Shown here: positions 1 to 14,604 of the stretch, in pieces | Numbering within the stretch: position 1 is the stretch's first letter | Layout: each line of letters starts with the position of its first letter | DNA from: Schmidtea polychroa | Taxonomy: Eukaryota | Length of the DNA stretch: 64,000 nucleotides | NCBI GenBank assembly: GCA_044892525.1 | Contig: CM097885.1 | Span: 42,224,001-42,288,000, forward strand | Reading direction: 5' to 3' | Translations under genes and position numbers: made by a program | Notes under the pieces: model-generated | The model's database searches: none | What the model saw: the letters and a program-made list of their open reading frames with translations, nothing else | Told to the model about the DNA's origin: nothing

Positions 1-2482
1 TTAGAGTAGTTGACCGCATCAGAAAATAAGATCGCAATTTAGTATGACTATTACTATTATACTTAATAAATAAACCGCAACACATTAGTATTTTTTAGCA
101 TAATTAAAATAATAAATAATAAAAATTTAATCATGTGTTCTGGAAAATAATTCGATAGATATTATGGCCAATCTTTTACTTTTGGATTTTTATTTCAATA
201 ACATGAAGACAGGAACTTATAAAATTTACAAAATTACATGACAAGAACTCACGTAATATTAATGTATTCAGATTAATTAAATTCCACGGGTATTCATTGT
301 CTTCTGCACTGCAGGCATTAATGAGATATTTGGCATTGTTTCTGTTTGCATAAAAAGTCTACATCTGCTGCAACAGTGGATGTGGCAATTCTAATTATTC
401 CGGATAAATGTTCATCTATGAGAACTGATCGAGTCTTTGTTTTCACATTTTCATTCTGGAAAAAAGCTGTTCATAGCAATATGTGCTGCCAAAAAGTGAA
501 ATATACCTGCGTGCATGTTTCGCTAGGTTAGGAAAAGATTCTGATGAAACATACTGCTTGTAACAGGTAACAAGGTCATGCCGATCACAAGCAGTTTTTA
601 AATTGCTGTCATTGTGAATGTCGATTAGTTCGAGTTGAAATTCATGAGGGGCATCAGAGGGATCTATAATAAATGGATTACTAATCATGTTCATGTCATC
701 CTCATATTGTTGGAAATCCTGAAACCTTTCTTCGAATTCATCAACAAGTTTGCTAACAAGTGTGAAGTACTTCAAATGAGCCAGCGTTTCAGGCTAGTTG
801 TTGCTAGTGTTGTGAAATGTAACAGGTTCTTCTGATCTAAGCGTTTCCGTAAAAGTTTCAGTTTTTGCACAAACGCGACAACACACTCATATATTTTAGG
901 GACCAGTTGATCCTTACCTTGGAGTTTGACATTAGGATTTGCAAGATGTTTGGTCATGTCCACCAAAATTTCATTCAACCACTGCTGTTCATCAAGGAAG
1001 CCAACATCTTTTCCATTTTCTGTCATAAATGTTTTTATTTTGTCCTGAAGTGACCAAAACCTGGCTAAGGTGTTTGCCCTACTTAGCCAACGGACTTGGC
1101 AGAAATAAATAACATCACAATGATCTGATCCCAACTCTTCAAGGAAACCCTGAAATTGAACATGTTGCATGCTCAAGACCTTTTCACATGGCTGTTCTTG
1201 GTAGATGATGTAGTGATGACTGACAAATTCGTGAGGCACTAATTTTACCATTAAAGATACAAACCCATTGTGTCTACCTGTCATTGAAAGGGCTCCATCT
1301 GTGGTTAAACCAATTAATTAAGTCTTAGGAAGATTACATTTTGCGAGGTCATGATCCAAAATATCCCTTCCCGTTGTAGTGCCTTTCATTGAACATATAT
1401 CCAACAGTTCTTTGATAATGACAAACTTTCCTGTTACTCTGCGTACAAACACTGACAGTTGAGCCCTATCGCTATTGTCCTTATTAAGCAAGTCTTTTAA
1501 TGAGACTTTCTTCTATGTTGGATGAGAGCTCGTCAACTCTTCTCGCTTCTGATTCTCTTCTGACTTCTTTTCTTGACAGACCACACCAGTCAACAACCTG
1601 AAGCCTTAACAAATTCACCATCAGAAATTGCTTTCCCCCGCTTAGCTATAGCTTCAGCTATTAAAAAACTTACTTTGGTTGAAGCCTCAGACTTGTTGCT
1701 GACTGCTGTAAACAATGACTGCTGTCCGAAGACGCTCTGTTTCAATGAGTTCACGCGATCAATTCGAAGTTGACCAGTCAGGCTGTTGTACCTATCGCCA
1801 TGCTTTGTTAAAAAATGTCGCTTAACATTGTACTCCTTTGCAGCGGCAATTGTTTCTTGGCATATTAGGCACATCCTACCAAAGCGTTTCATTACAAAAT
1901 AGTCTACAGTCCAAGATGCTGTGAAAAGTCTTCGTTCTGTGTCAATTTTTCGTTTTTTGCTAGTATTCATATTCGCCGCCATTTTTCTCTGTGAAATAAA
2001 AAAACATCAGTTAAAAATTGATTAATTTATATTTTATAATAGCAATATCTTAGTGTTAGTAAGTAAGTTGAGCAATACGCGTTTTTTCGAAAAAAATACC
2101 TGACTGATTCCAGAAGCTAAGAAACGGCTCTTTTTTTCTATCCACAGTGAAATAGTTAATTCCGCTTGCGGAAGCGTTATAAATGTGATCGTAATGGTGC
2201 AGCTGTAGCACAAATATTATCCATTCACACCAAAATGCTCACATGAAGACTAGCAAAATAAATCGATTTTTTTACCTTCACGCAAAAATAGCCATTCGGA
2301 CACCTTCACGCTTCACGCGCGCGTGAAGTACATCACAGTGCCTTATATCACCGTTTGTAATGATTAAAAATTAACGAAAAACATGGAGTGACTAATATTT
2401 TTGGGATAACAACGTTGCGGACCGCATAAAAGACCTCGGTGGGCCGGGTTGTGGCCCGCGGGCCACTTGTTGGACACCCTTG
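1..2482 (-). mobile_element. hAT DNA transposon (Charlie/SPIN, GTF2IRD2-like), decayed; other end outside the window
   Basis: Frameshifted transposase pieces at 1590-1982, 772-1284 and 443-775 (KKRKIDTERR, EYNVKRHF, VRWLSR, FGSTYCYEQLFS). A hAT-type terminus CAAGGGTGTCCAAC (minus strand) ends at 2482. Confidence 0.85.
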
Positions 2483-3003
2483 ATTTATAGCATCTCGTTA
2501 ATATTAAAATAAGGTTTTGAACCAGTTATTCCACTTATTATGAGTGCCTAAGCCTTTATTTACTTACTATTATTATCATTATTGTAAATTTATTAAATAG
2601 TTTAAAGTTAGTCGTAGGATAGATAGACTTGCCTTCACCGGTAAAACTGCTTTACTTGAAAACAGATCATAAAATTCCTAAAATAAATCTAAAATGAAAA
2701 ATAATAAAATATGATATTCACTACGTGGATCGTATAAATAATTTATTAAATTTTTAAAGATAGTTTTTTCTCGGGCACCTTTTTTTCAAAATCCTAAGTC
2801 CTTCATGCGAATCTTATTACATGCGTTCGAATCAGTGTGTTCGAAAACCAAAAATTGGTATGTGGATGAGTTCAGTAAAAAGAATTAGTAAATAATTTTC
2901 AGTTCATAAGAATGATTTATTTATTACAATAATGTGCGTGAAAATACGATTGTCGTTGAGTAAAGGAATATTATAATAAATATGTATATATAATATAATA
3001 ATA

Positions 3004-5001
3004 CAGTTGAACTTCTGATATCGGGGCAGTAAAATTCAAAAAATGCCCCGAAGTTTCCCCGATTTTATAATAAAATATTTAAAGAATCAATAACGCAATT
3101 AATATTTTATTTATTCACTCCCGGATCTCATCCTTTTCTAAATACTCATCCAATGTCGTCTGCCTGCCATGATTTCGTGGCCTATCCCGTTTAATTCAAT
3201 TTTTCATTTTCTTCTCGTTCTGCATTAGATAATATCTTTAGTAAATGATAGTCAGACTCCCATGAAGAGGAAATGGCTTTAATGTTGTTATTTGACGCTT
3301 TATTTCATCCTCAGAAACGAATAACTTCGACATTTTTTTCATCCCAGTTAACATCATTTACTATTTTAGCAAAAAAATCATCCGAATTATCCTCGATGAG
3401 GGAATCATTTTCAAATATAATAAATCTTTCTGAAATTTTTTTCGATTCTTCAATTGCTAAGTTGCAAACATCACATATATTTTCAGATATTTCAATAGTA
3501 TCGTCGCCTGATGTTTCTAAATACTGAATTTTTATCTCATTGTGGCGCCATAAACCTGTTTTGTTGAAGCAATTCACAATAGTTTGTTTGGTAACATCTT
3601 GCCAAGCACATTCGATCCATATCAGTGTCCCAAGGAGTTTGATTTCTTTTAAATTTTCATAGGAAGTATTACTATTAGAATCGAAATAAATGTACTGCAA
3701 AAAGTTTCGCTTGTATTTTGATTTAAATGACCTAATTATTCCCATGTCAAGATGTTGAATTAAACTCGTACAATTTGGAAAATAAACAAGTTTGATATTG
3801 CTAAGATTTAATAAACCATTTGAAGTGGCATTATCAGTCAAAAGAATAATTTTCCTACCAAAACATGTCATTTCCGAATTCAACTGATTTAATATTTTGT
3901 GAAAAATCCCCGTTGTCATCCAACCTTTAGCAGAACTGTAATAATCAACTCCTAATTTTTTACGATCAGTATTTTTTTAGATATCTTCGATTTGCACTCT
4001 TCCCGATAATTATAGACTTCAATTTCTCACCAACAGCACTACAAATCAGTACAATCGTCACGCGATCAAGACGTGGTTTGAAATTTCCCGCAAATTCATC
4101 ATCGAACAGCAAACTTTTTGATGGCAACAACTTGGTATACAGAGCAGTTTTGTCAAGATTGAAAATGTTTTCGGGCTCATCCAACAATTAAATTTTTAAA
4201 TTCGCACTTAAATGCCTCTGCTGACTCGTAGTCAGCCAAATTCTTCTCGCCGGACAATACTTTAAATGATATGTGGTGTCTTGCCTTGAATTTATCTAAC
4301 CACCCTGAGCTTGCTTTAAATTCCAAACAATTAAATTCCTCCACAAATTTTTCAGTTACCATACGCAGAGTGGGTCCATCTACAAGCATCTTTTGAGCTC
4401 GTACATTATACATCTATTGTAAAACGGCACGGTCTATCGCTTCCTCTCTAATATGAGGTCTTAGATGTTTGTGATGGTGGTTTTTAATGCTGTTATATTG
4501 ATCGAGAATTTCCTTTTTACTAGTTTTTATTCTTGATATTGTACCCTTATCCACTCCTTAATTTGCAGCAGCATCCCTTTCTGAAAATCCACTGTCTAAA
4601 TAATCGAGTACTTGTTTTCGGGTTTTCAGATCTAAATGCATGGATTAATATAAGTATTTTTTAATTATATTGTTATGAATTATTAATGTAAAATGATTTA
4701 TTGATTGTAAGCTTATTTTTAAGAATATGTGTAAAAAGTAAATCATGATTCCATTGGTATTAAATGATTTTATCCATAAAATGTTAGTTTAACGGCGTTC
4801 ATTTTTTGTATAGAACTGTATAATTAATCGATTTTTAAGTGTGATCCATTATAAGATTAAGTTCGATTATGGATGGTGCCCCATTAAAGAAAAACGCAAG
4901 GAATTATGTTATTACAATTAAAAATGGCCCATCTTCTATTATTTTGCCCTGATTCGAGAAGGTGACCCGTAAAAAGTGCTCCGATTTCGGAAGTTGGACT
5001 G
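3004..5001 (-). mobile_element. pogo/Tigger-family DNA transposon, decayed transposase
   Basis: Imperfect TIRs CAGTTGAACTTCTGATATCGGGGCA / CAGTCCAACTTCCGAAATCGGAGCA, with TA on both sides. Fragments include a CENP-B HTH (FKASSGWLDKFKARH) and DDE pieces (IFNLDKTAL, LLTDNATS, IQHLDMGII). Confidence 0.9.
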
Positions 5002-6589
5002 TAATATAATATAATAAAAAATAATTATTTATTTATTCATTTTCGTTAGTTATAACAATAAGTAGATAAATCTAATAAACTATTACTAAAAAATAAATTG
5101 AGCGGAGTACTGATGTTCAATTTTTTTTTCACAAATTGACTCAAATTTATTATTCAAGTTACGAAATTATATATAATTTATGTATACTCCAAACTGTTAA
5201 TCAAAATAAATTATTAATTGACCGCAAATTTTAGAATCTATTATATCCTCTTCATTTACTGCATTTTCTCCCCTCAAATTATTCCACATTATGTTGTGGT
5301 AAAATAGCAACTTCCTCTTCATGGTTAGCACGCGAATCTTTCAGATATTCATGAGCTTGTATGACGATTATACATTCGATTATTTTGTCAAGATTCTAGG
5401 TCTAATCCACTTCTTCCATAACTTTACATTTTCTACTCTTAAATGATAAAACAAGAAACGAAACCCACATAAGTCAAGAAACTGAAAATAAGTTACAAAG
5501 TTTAAGAAATACCCAGATTTTAAAAAATACCTGAAATTGACTGAAATTGCATACAGCATTGTTAGACCTAAATCGAATAATTGATAATTGTTTTTTTCTC
5601 ATTTATGTTTTTCTTGCAAATTTAGAATCGCAAGCTCTTAACAGGTCATTTCTTTCACTAAAAAATAAATTTATTTAGTTAAGAACCTTACTTCTAACCT
5701 TATTTAGCATTGATTTAAATCTAACTTTATATTTATACATTTCTTCATTCATAAGAGACACTGTAAAAATTCTTTTTGCACAAATTGAGAATCTCTTATA
5801 TGGACATGCCATACCCAATTTTTCTAAAAAACTGACCTTTCATTCAGGAAATTTTTATTGCGAAAATCAATAATTAGCTATTTTTAAAATAAAATAGAAT
5901 AGATTTTTTTAGACATCACAAAAAAATAACGAGTGTTTTTTTTTAAACTATTAATTGCAAAAGATTCAAGACTAAGAGTTTCAAACATATTTTTAATACT
6001 ATGATAATATGACTGTGAAAGATAGTTGAACCAATTTTGAAAGTATTACTCGTTCTCTACTAGTTAATTGATGCATTATAACACGATGTTTAAAAATTGA
6101 AGTATTGGGTTCCTGAGTTAATAATTTTTCATCTCTGACCCGATCGTTATTTTCATTTAACAATCTTAATTATTCCTCAACTGGTGCATTATTTTCCAAA
6201 ACTTCATTAATTTTATAATTATTTAACTTATTTGTATTACTAAAAATTATATTCTGTAATTAGATTAATTCAAATCATAATTATCTAACATACAATCACA
6301 TTCAGCCATAAAGTCTTTACATTTATTCCTCCTTCAGTACCAAAGCTTCGGAATTTAAGTAAGATTTCTAATCATAATAATCTTCATAAATAAATTCTTT
6401 GTCGATCTCAGCCATTTTTCCGTTGAATGCTTGTGCTCTGTGATTATTGTTAAAGACGGTAATGGCTCTGACTCTTCATACTCTTTTCCAAATATTAAAA
6501 CAAGATCCAACATAATACTTTATTAACCTTCGACAAAATTCGCTACAACATTATCAACCTTTTAACCATTTTGACCTCTTCTATAAAAA

Positions 6590-6995
6590 TTGGGTAGTAG
6601 CACAAGAGGAAACCGCCTTTTTGGATTTTGCATGTGATTTTTCCCTTTATAAATTTTTTATAAATTTTATTTAGCAAGATTTGCAACTGTGATTATTTAT
6701 TATTTTATCTATTATTATAACCTCAGTTCTATTGTTATCTACTATTCCTTGTTGGCCCAACCATAACAATATTTGAGTCTTTGGATAATGTTACTGGATT
6801 TTTTTATACGCGAGGGGTTTATCAATTGTTTGTACTTTTGATGCCATTAAATATAATTAAAAACTTGTTTCATATTGCAATCCAATGTTCAAAGTTGATG
6901 ATTGAGTATTGACAACTATGGCTTGATTTGCAATCAAACAAGGAATTTTATCTAATGGGAATACTCCACCAAACTGGTTACCTAACAGCTGTTTC
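6590..6995 (-). pseudogene. Ancient Polinton relic: adenain-like protease fragment plus QKGGFL pX-like motif
   Basis: Manual translation gives KQLLGNQFGGVFPLDKIPCLIANQAIVVNTQSS, then a frameshift, then EHWIAI, typical of the Polinton cysteine protease N-terminus. QKGGFL lies near 6610-6627. Confidence 0.55.
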
Positions 6996-7229
6996 CAATT
7001 TGATTTGCCTGAATGGAACTAATCAAATAAAACTATTTTTGGTAATAAAAACTGCATGATAATTGCATTCTATAGTTTACTACATTTATAATATGTTCAA
7101 ACTAATACTTTTCGATTTGCAGTAATTTGTAATTCTCTTTCAAAAACTCCGTATATTATTATATATGTCGACTCCGTGAGTGATTTATTAAACTTTACAC
7201 TGAATTTTACATTTCATGTTTGTTGTAAT

Positions 7230-7620
7230 TAACTTTGTTATAAATATAAATCTAGATTATTTATCTTAAAAATCTTTAAAAAAAGTGTAATTCCAAAATT
7301 CATGTTTTTATGCAAATATCCGAGATTTCTTACAACACTTTTCATATATTGTAGTATAATCATTGTTTTCAAAATTTTTTGTATATGTTTCACTGCTTCT
7401 AAGCAACACTCTAGCAGCTGAACCAGCAAAATTAGAACTGTGTACTGCATTTGGAAGTTATCCAGTCAAATGGCTTTTTTCTTAAAATCTTGCACACCTG
7501 AATATATGCCACTCATATTACTAGCGTTATCATATGACCTTGATCTGAAATTTGAAATACTTGTTTCGTAATGCTTCAAAGTATTTTGTAAAATATTGGG
7601 TTAAAGATAATTCACATTTG
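7230..7620 (-). pseudogene. hAT transposase fragment (ZMYM1-like)
   Basis: The minus strand reads RSRSYDNASNMSGIY, the hAT catalytic D region. No termini seen. Confidence 0.55.
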
Positions 7621-7642
7621 ACCCTTTCGTGTTGTTTCCCGC

Positions 7643-8258
7643 GGTAACCCGACAAAAGCACGCAGGGCAAAAGCACGCAGGACAAATTAAAAAACTTAAA
7701 TTAAAAAACTTAAACTAAAATAATAATATTTAAAATAATTAGAAAAAAACTGTCATTTGATATGTTCAAGTTATATGCTATTCCTCTCAAATAATCTCCA
7801 ACTGGAACTGTTCCATGCGTTGGCACCAAAGCCTGCGCAAGTAGTTGGACTTGGATGCCTCTGGTTGTCTGATTCCTGCACGAAACCTTTCGATCTTTAA
7901 TTCGTAGTGATCTTGTTCTTGACGGAAGTGCTCAACCAGTTTGTAGACGGAGGGATGATGGTAATCGACAGTCTGTTGCAAAGAACGATGCCAAGCTTCT
8001 ACTGAGTTGTTGGTGCGAGGAAGGTTATCGATTACACGGTCTCGAATATTCCACATATGCAAAGCAAATCTTGGATTTGCGCGTCGGCCCCTTCTTTTTC
8101 TGCCAATGTTCGTGTCCTTCCAGTATTCTGTCAATGGAACCATCAGAGTTGGACAATCATCCACCAAATCTTCAAATCTTCTTATACGTATACCCATGAA
8201 GACCATTCATGTTGGAAATGTATACGCAGGTCGGAACTTGTGGACAGGTGAGCCCCTA
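7643..8258 (-). mobile_element. MULE (Mutator-like) transposon 3' part
   Basis: ORF 7787-8206 has LPRTNNSVEAWHRSLQ..HHPSVYKLVEHF. The terminus GGTAACCCGACAAAAGCACGCAG has repeated subterminal motifs. The element is truncated at 8258. Confidence 0.75.
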
Positions 8259-9300
8259 TGTTAGAACTACTCTCCACAACATTCGCTGTACGGGTTCTTG
8301 AGTGTCGATAGAAGGCCTTACCTCTTACTTTCGTTCTTACGCCTCTGGTCCAAGGAGACAATACCTCTCTCGATTTCATTCATCATCACAGAATTACTAC
8401 CTTCATCCTCTTGTTAACTAAACTCAACAATCTATCAAAATCTCAAGACAATGTAACCTTGAATAAGTTTATTAACGTATCAAATATAACACAAGAGAAG
8501 TTTCACAAAACAACCATTAGAAATATAATTACATTTATTCAGATAACTCCGTTTCACACACTCACTATACACAAAGTTCACAAAATAGCGGTCGACGAGT
8601 TTCCCCATCTCGTGATTAAACCATATCTCCTTCGGCTAGCAGGGCATCTATTTCCACCTGCAACCAAGGGTCTTCGCGATCCGTCACTGAAGTCGATGAA
8701 ATCACTCTAAAGCCATTGGATGGAGTCGGTGGCTTGGGGTCGTTGTTTGCTTTGATATTTGCGGATTGTGCTGCAAAGAGCGAGGTTCCTTTCGACGTTT
8801 CAACGTTCGTTCCGCCCTCGAGGGTCTTTTACGCAATTTTGCTATCGGATTGGTAGTGTTTTCTTTAGGGCCTGAAGAAATAACAAGAAGTGAATCCGGG
8901 CGAGCGGCTGTCAAAGTGGGGGATTACTTGACCAGCCAGTTAAAAGTGGTTCGATTATTCGAGGCAACTCTGGCCCGTGCCCTATACAACTCGACGATAC
9001 TTGTACTTTTATTTCTTTGACACGGTAGTGGATAGGAAAGACATTCACCCCGTCCTTGATCGGTTCTCCTTTACTCGACGATGAAGTTCTGCGTCTGTAT
9101 AAACTTGATGAAGGGCCTCCGATTGGGCATTGATTGTTAGACGCTGGCAGCGACTCTTCTCCAGAAGACTGTCGCGACAGTGCTCCAATCGCTATACTTT
9201 CATTTTTTATTCCTTCATCTGTGGCGGGGAAAACCACGAATGCTCTAAGAGTTCGATTAGTTTCTTAAGAACCCCGATATGATTGTGAAGTTTTTAATAT
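8259..9300. mobile_element. Possible LTR-like insertion (GC-richer, starts TGTTAG); end undefined
   Basis: Abrupt composition change starting with TG just past the truncated MULE ORF. No CA end or TSD identified. Confidence 0.3.
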
Positions 9301-9937
9301 CTGCATTATCTGAACATGAAAAACACGGTTTCAGTCCGCGCGGAGATGGATTATATTCTGTCAAAGCTAAATAATGTACACGAATTATAATTTACGCAGG
9401 TGCTTATTTGAGCTTTAGTCAAATACGGGCCTTCTCGTAATTTATGTTAACGACTATTTTCGGTCATTATTAATTCTTTTCTTTTACTTCTCTAGACCAC
9501 AATTTTAATTTTAAAATTCGAGTTAATTTATGGGAAGGATTTGATCAACGGGAAACTTAGATAATTGCTATTTGGTTTAACAAATGATTTTTTGAAATTG
9601 AGTATCTCTAATTTGTGATTTTTGTGGGTAATTAATTTAATTAATTAATTTGATGACAACGAACAATTCAGCTTAATTGCATAATCTTAGTGTCAACCGA
9701 GGAATGTAAAATTTAGATTCGACAGGTAGCGTTGAATTACTTTAGTGTACTCAGAGTGTAGCACAGGCAGAAAATAGAAGACCGAAGGTTCCCCCTGTTA
9801 CTAATTAATACTCCAAAAGCCCAGAACCAAAAGATTTACATTATACTAAATTGTTGCGACCTGCTGGACAGTATTCAATTCACAAATAAATTTCTGTGCC
9901 GAAAATGAGCTGTTTGGTATTTAAATGCCTGCTACTA

Positions 9938-10660
9938 CCGTATTTCCCCGAAAATAAGACACTGTCTTACTTCAAATTTTCAGAAAAAAAGCTACCTAGG
10001 GCTTATTTTCGGGTCATATTTTCAAAACAAATTTATTACGTTTAAAAACTAGACATTTATTCAAATATAATCATGTCATCCACCTCATTTACATCACCAT
10101 CATTACTGTCAGTCGGGGTTACAATATTGCCCATCCCTGATTCAATTTCATCCAAGATCATCGGTCCAAATCTCGAATGCCTGGCAATATAGCTATCTTC
10201 AAACGAGCAATTTTTATCCAAGTATCCCGCTCTTAGTGCGTTACCAATGGACGTATCCGTGATTGCATTCCATGCTTTCGCGACCCAAGATACAACCTCT
10301 TGTATTTTTGGCTTTACCAAATTCCCACGTTGATTTCGCTCCATTCTTTTCTCAATATACTCATTTATTTCTGCTCTGAGGTAATCTTTGAATTGTTTAT
10401 TGATCGCAATGTCGAGTGTTTGAAGATATCCAGTCATTCCGGCAGGTATCATGATCTGATCAATTCTTCTCTCGATTATGAAGTTTTTAATACCTTGTGC
10501 ACGGTGCTAGCCGAAATTACTATTTTTTTCGTTATGTAAATAAGTAAACAGATCTTTCAAGGTAGGTCTTATTTTCAGGGTAGGTCTTATATTTTTTGTG
10601 GGCGAATAATTCATGCTAGGTCTTATTTTCGAGGTAGGTCTTATTATAGGGGAAATACGG
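9938..10660 (-). mobile_element. Internally deleted pogo element
   Basis: TIRs CCGTATTTCCCC..AATAAGAC at both ends, with TA TSD. It carries only the transposase C-terminus (IPAGMTGYLQTLDIAINKQFKD), 10057-10452. Confidence 0.88.
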
Positions 10661-12778
10661 TATACTGGTGGCTGAAAACATGAGTTACATAATTAATTCG
10701 AAATTTTATTTACTACATGATTCTGGATTTTTACATGTTTATTTTCAAGATCGGTCTAATTGATTTCAATCACTGCGATTTTGTCTTTCATCCTGTGTTA
10801 ATATTTACATTTTTCAGGGTATTTCGTTCTAGAACATCCGTTGGTGAAGTGATGGTTCTATTCTAATAAACGACTGTCGGAAATACTACTATAAACATTT
10901 CAGTATTTCATGTAATTGGTCTCGAAATGATTTGTTTTATGAAAAGATGCAGTAGACGTTAGAATACATCAGCGATAAATGAAAATCTAAACAATGCTTA
11001 TGTTCACTATGATTAACTGTTCGATGGATATTCGATCTCTGTAATTGTTTATAATATCATCCGGATCATCTATTAATTTTGCAGAACGAGTGTTGGCGAG
11101 CGGATTTGTCGGTGAACAGTGAATCGGAAGTTTGCGTGAACTGGTCAGTCAAATAATAAAAATCGCGAATAGATTGCTAGTGATTTATCAGAAAGCCTAA
11201 TGAATATACGAAATATCATACTCCTGTGGTTGACTTATCAGCAAGAATGTTGAAAAACAGCGTATTATGAGAAATTATGAGAAATCAAATTCTACGAAAT
11301 TGCTGCAAAATTATCTAACTATTCTTAGGACATTTACTCGAACTCATTATCTCGTTACCTATCAGGAGGTCAATTTTCAACTAAATTCGTTTCACTACCA
11401 CTCGAAGACGATACCCGGATTCCTCACATTTGTCATAAACGGATAGTCATCACTCATCACCCGTCTCGCCGCCTACCACGGTCCACCTGCAGACCACCGG
11501 TACAAGTACCGACTATCTTCAGACTACCACGATAGTCAGGTCAACCTCTCCTTATATGATTACAAATAATAATAATAAATCAAAATTCAGTTGCGAATTA
11601 ATTATTATGAATTAAGAATAAAATATTACCAGCGACCATATTCTTTGTTGCTGTATATGACACTCATAATTTATTCGTCATTTAAACATTATCTTCGGAT
11701 ATTCAATAAATACCTCTGACATTATCCTACATAAATTGCGCTCTGCATTGCACAATGGATACCATTCGATCTTCTTGGATCTTTGTATTAGCTTCGAAAA
11801 CCCTCATAATTGTTCCCTGTCGTTGCCTTGATCATCTTGGTGGTCATATGCAGGAGTCCAGACGATATCGTCGCCGACTCCGTGAAAAGAGAAGAAATGA
11901 ACATGATCAACCATAATATTTTGAATTAGGACAAATACATTAGAAAGGTGTGTTATAAATGTGATAATAAATAAAATTAAAAATGAACCTTTACTTTATT
12001 CTAATGCTCTGGCTAGATCTTCCGAATTTGAAGTGTGAGAGTTGGTTCGATGAGTTGAATTTAAATCGTGATATAATTTCTGTAGTTAGTCCCTTGGAGT
12101 TGTTATAAGAGTTTCAGTGAATCGATCTGTGTTGAATTTTTTAAAGTTAAAAAAGTTCTTACTAAAGTTAAATTTTACCTGTGTTCAATTTTTTAAAGTT
12201 AAGGGAACTAACCAATTTTTCGTCCAATCAGGACTTAGTCAGTGTGTAATTTTATATTTTTCTTGATTTTTGGTGTTTCTATCTGTTTTTCTTGCGTTAT
12301 TTAATTTTTTTATTATGTTATTTTATTAAGTCATTTGTTTTATATATTCTCCTTATTTTTTGTTCATTTCGTTTGTAATTTGTTATTCTATTTTTCTTTT
12401 TTATTCTTTTTATGTTTTATTTTATTTGCTCATTTAATTTTATCTCTCTGCTGTTTTATTGTTATCTCGTCTATTTTTTTTTCACTTTTTATTATGATAC
12501 GGTTTTTATTATGGTATTATCATCACTCGTGTTTTTCTATGCTCCAATTTTTTGTTGCTTTATTTTTATTATTTGGGAGGCTATTATTGCGGTCATAATT
12601 ATACTAAGTCTGGACTTAAATTTTATATGGCCTTAATTAAAATATTATTAAATGATGAATGTTATTACTGTGGCCCTTAAATTAAAAAAAACTTGGTCAT
12701 TAAATAAATAGAAAAATGGTCTTCAATATTTTTACTTCGGTCATTAAATGATTAAGGTATTGATAAAAAATATATAAA

Positions 12779-13233
12779 TAGAGGAAGCCGCTTAATGTAA
12801 TCACAGTGAGAAGGGGGTCAACTGGTCGAATGATGACTGGTCGAAACTCGATAGATCAAAAAATGGATCTTGTGTTATTTGGTCAAAACATTGATCGAAA
12901 ATATAAAATTAAAAGTCAAACTGGTCAAATAGCTGTAGCCAGTCTAAAAAATTTAGACTGTCTACAGGAATAATTTCAACCAGTTGCACAAAAAAGTCAA
13001 ACTGGTCAAATCTTTTCAATCTATTGTGTTTTTAATTTCAATCTGAATTTTGATCTATCATAATTCGAACAGTTGTACCTTTTCAATCACAGTTAATGTT
13101 ATTATGTTGGCTATTGTTATCACTTTTTCTGATAAAATTATGCCCCAAAAGTTTTTTTTTTGCTTTATTTTCATTGGTTGATGTTATCAGTTTGACTCTG
13201 TCCCAAAGTGATCATATTAAGCAGCCTCCACTG
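12779..13233. mobile_element. Tigger-like MITE
   Basis: Imperfect TIRs TAGAGGAAGCCGCTTAATGTAATCAC / reverse complement CAGTGGAGGCTGCTTAATATGATCAC; TA on the right side. Confidence 0.6.
12808..13084. mobile_element. MULE-type MITE nested in the Tigger-like MITE
   Basis: 9-bp TSD AATCACAGT at 12799-12807 and 13085-13093. Imperfect TIRs GA(G)AAGG..CAACTG(G/T)TCGAA. Confidence 0.7.
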
Positions 13234-13989
13234 TAATGGAGTTTGTAGAAACAATGATCGCTATAACAATAAACACTTCCATCAAGGAGGTCTTGATTTT
13301 TAAGCAAATAAGGGTTGTTTAAAGTCATCAGTGAAGTAATTTCTATTGCAAATAATAATTTAATATTTTTACAAATAAATTTCATAAACATTTTAATTAA
13401 GATTTTCCCCAAAGTAATAATAAGGGCTAGTACGTGGTAGTATGCTGAGTAATTTAATTAATGTCCTTTGTAATTAATTTAAAGGCCAAAGTTAGTAAAA
13501 TGAATTCCAAAATTTAATTTAAATATGGCCAAACTAATATTACTCCTTATTATTTATTTTTCCTCACATTTGATTGATTTGTTCAACTTTACTTATTTAT
13601 TTTTTAATTAATTTATTTAGACAGAGTTTTTTTTTAATAATACGTCGTCATTCCCATTTCTCACAACTTCAAATTCAGTCCTTTCACTTCACGTCACTTC
13701 TCACACCTTCAATTCCATTCTCACCACTTCAATCCCAACAAAATTAAAAATTACCATTTTCATCGACAACTATTGAATTGATTGTAGCCATTTTGAAAGT
13801 ATAAATTGTGGCAAAAATATCATTGTCCATATTTATAAATTATTTGTGATTTTCAAAATCAACCAATACACACCTTAACTTGCTTAGATGTACTTGTGAT
13901 CATAATTTGTTTGTTATTTTTTAATATTATCTATGATATTTATTTTCTATTATTTAAATTTGTACTATTATGTAAAATGTACTACAAGA

Positions 13990-14222
13990 ACTTGACAGCC
14001 ACATTGGGATTACCAAAAAATAAGTATATTAAAGATGGTAAAACTAATGAAGGTTTGTTATTGCCGAAAATAATTAAACTTCATCAACAAATGTTCATTT
14101 ACATGAATATTATTGAGCCCATCATTGTTGGTGAGTCTAGTGTTCCTTTATTGAAATCAATATGGGTTGAAAAATATGAAGAGGATGAAATTGTACAAAT
14201 CACCATTGAAAATCCCATGTAA
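13990..14222 (+). pseudogene. Polinton minor capsid (penton) C-terminal fragment
   Basis: MFIYMNIIEPIIVGESSVPLLKSIW...IENPM matches the IY.DI.EP..VGD...PLL...NP.Y pattern of Polinton minor capsid proteins. Confidence 0.55.
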
Positions 14223-14604
14223 TAATAATGATTCGGTAAATAATTAATCATGTTAACCTTTTTCTGTAGTCATTATTATTAACACTTTAAAACTATAATG
14301 TAAGTTTGTTTATAGATTGTCTTTGTTAAATTTGCATTACTGTTGCATTACTGTTGCATTAATGTTGCATTAAATACATTAAATACATTTATTAAAATCC
14401 ATTAAATACATTAAAATAATTAAATAAATAAAATAAAATTAAAATAATTAAATAAAAATAAATAAAATTCGAAATTGGAGAATTCTCATTGAATGTTACT
14501 GGTTCGGTTAATTTGTTGAAATATTTTTTAGTAGTCGAGTTACTTCCGGACAGTGATTGATTGTTTCTTTTTTATTGGTTGGGTTTGTTTGTATTACTCC
14601 AATG

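Noticed and set aside
11600..11900. Exon-like GC-richer blocks with possible splice sites on the minus strand
   Set aside because: I could not assemble an open, recognisable reading frame.
12335..12636. Hydrophobic F/L/I-rich ORFs resembling membrane proteins (also 20515-20766)
   Set aside because: They come from T-rich low-complexity DNA and give no domain evidence.
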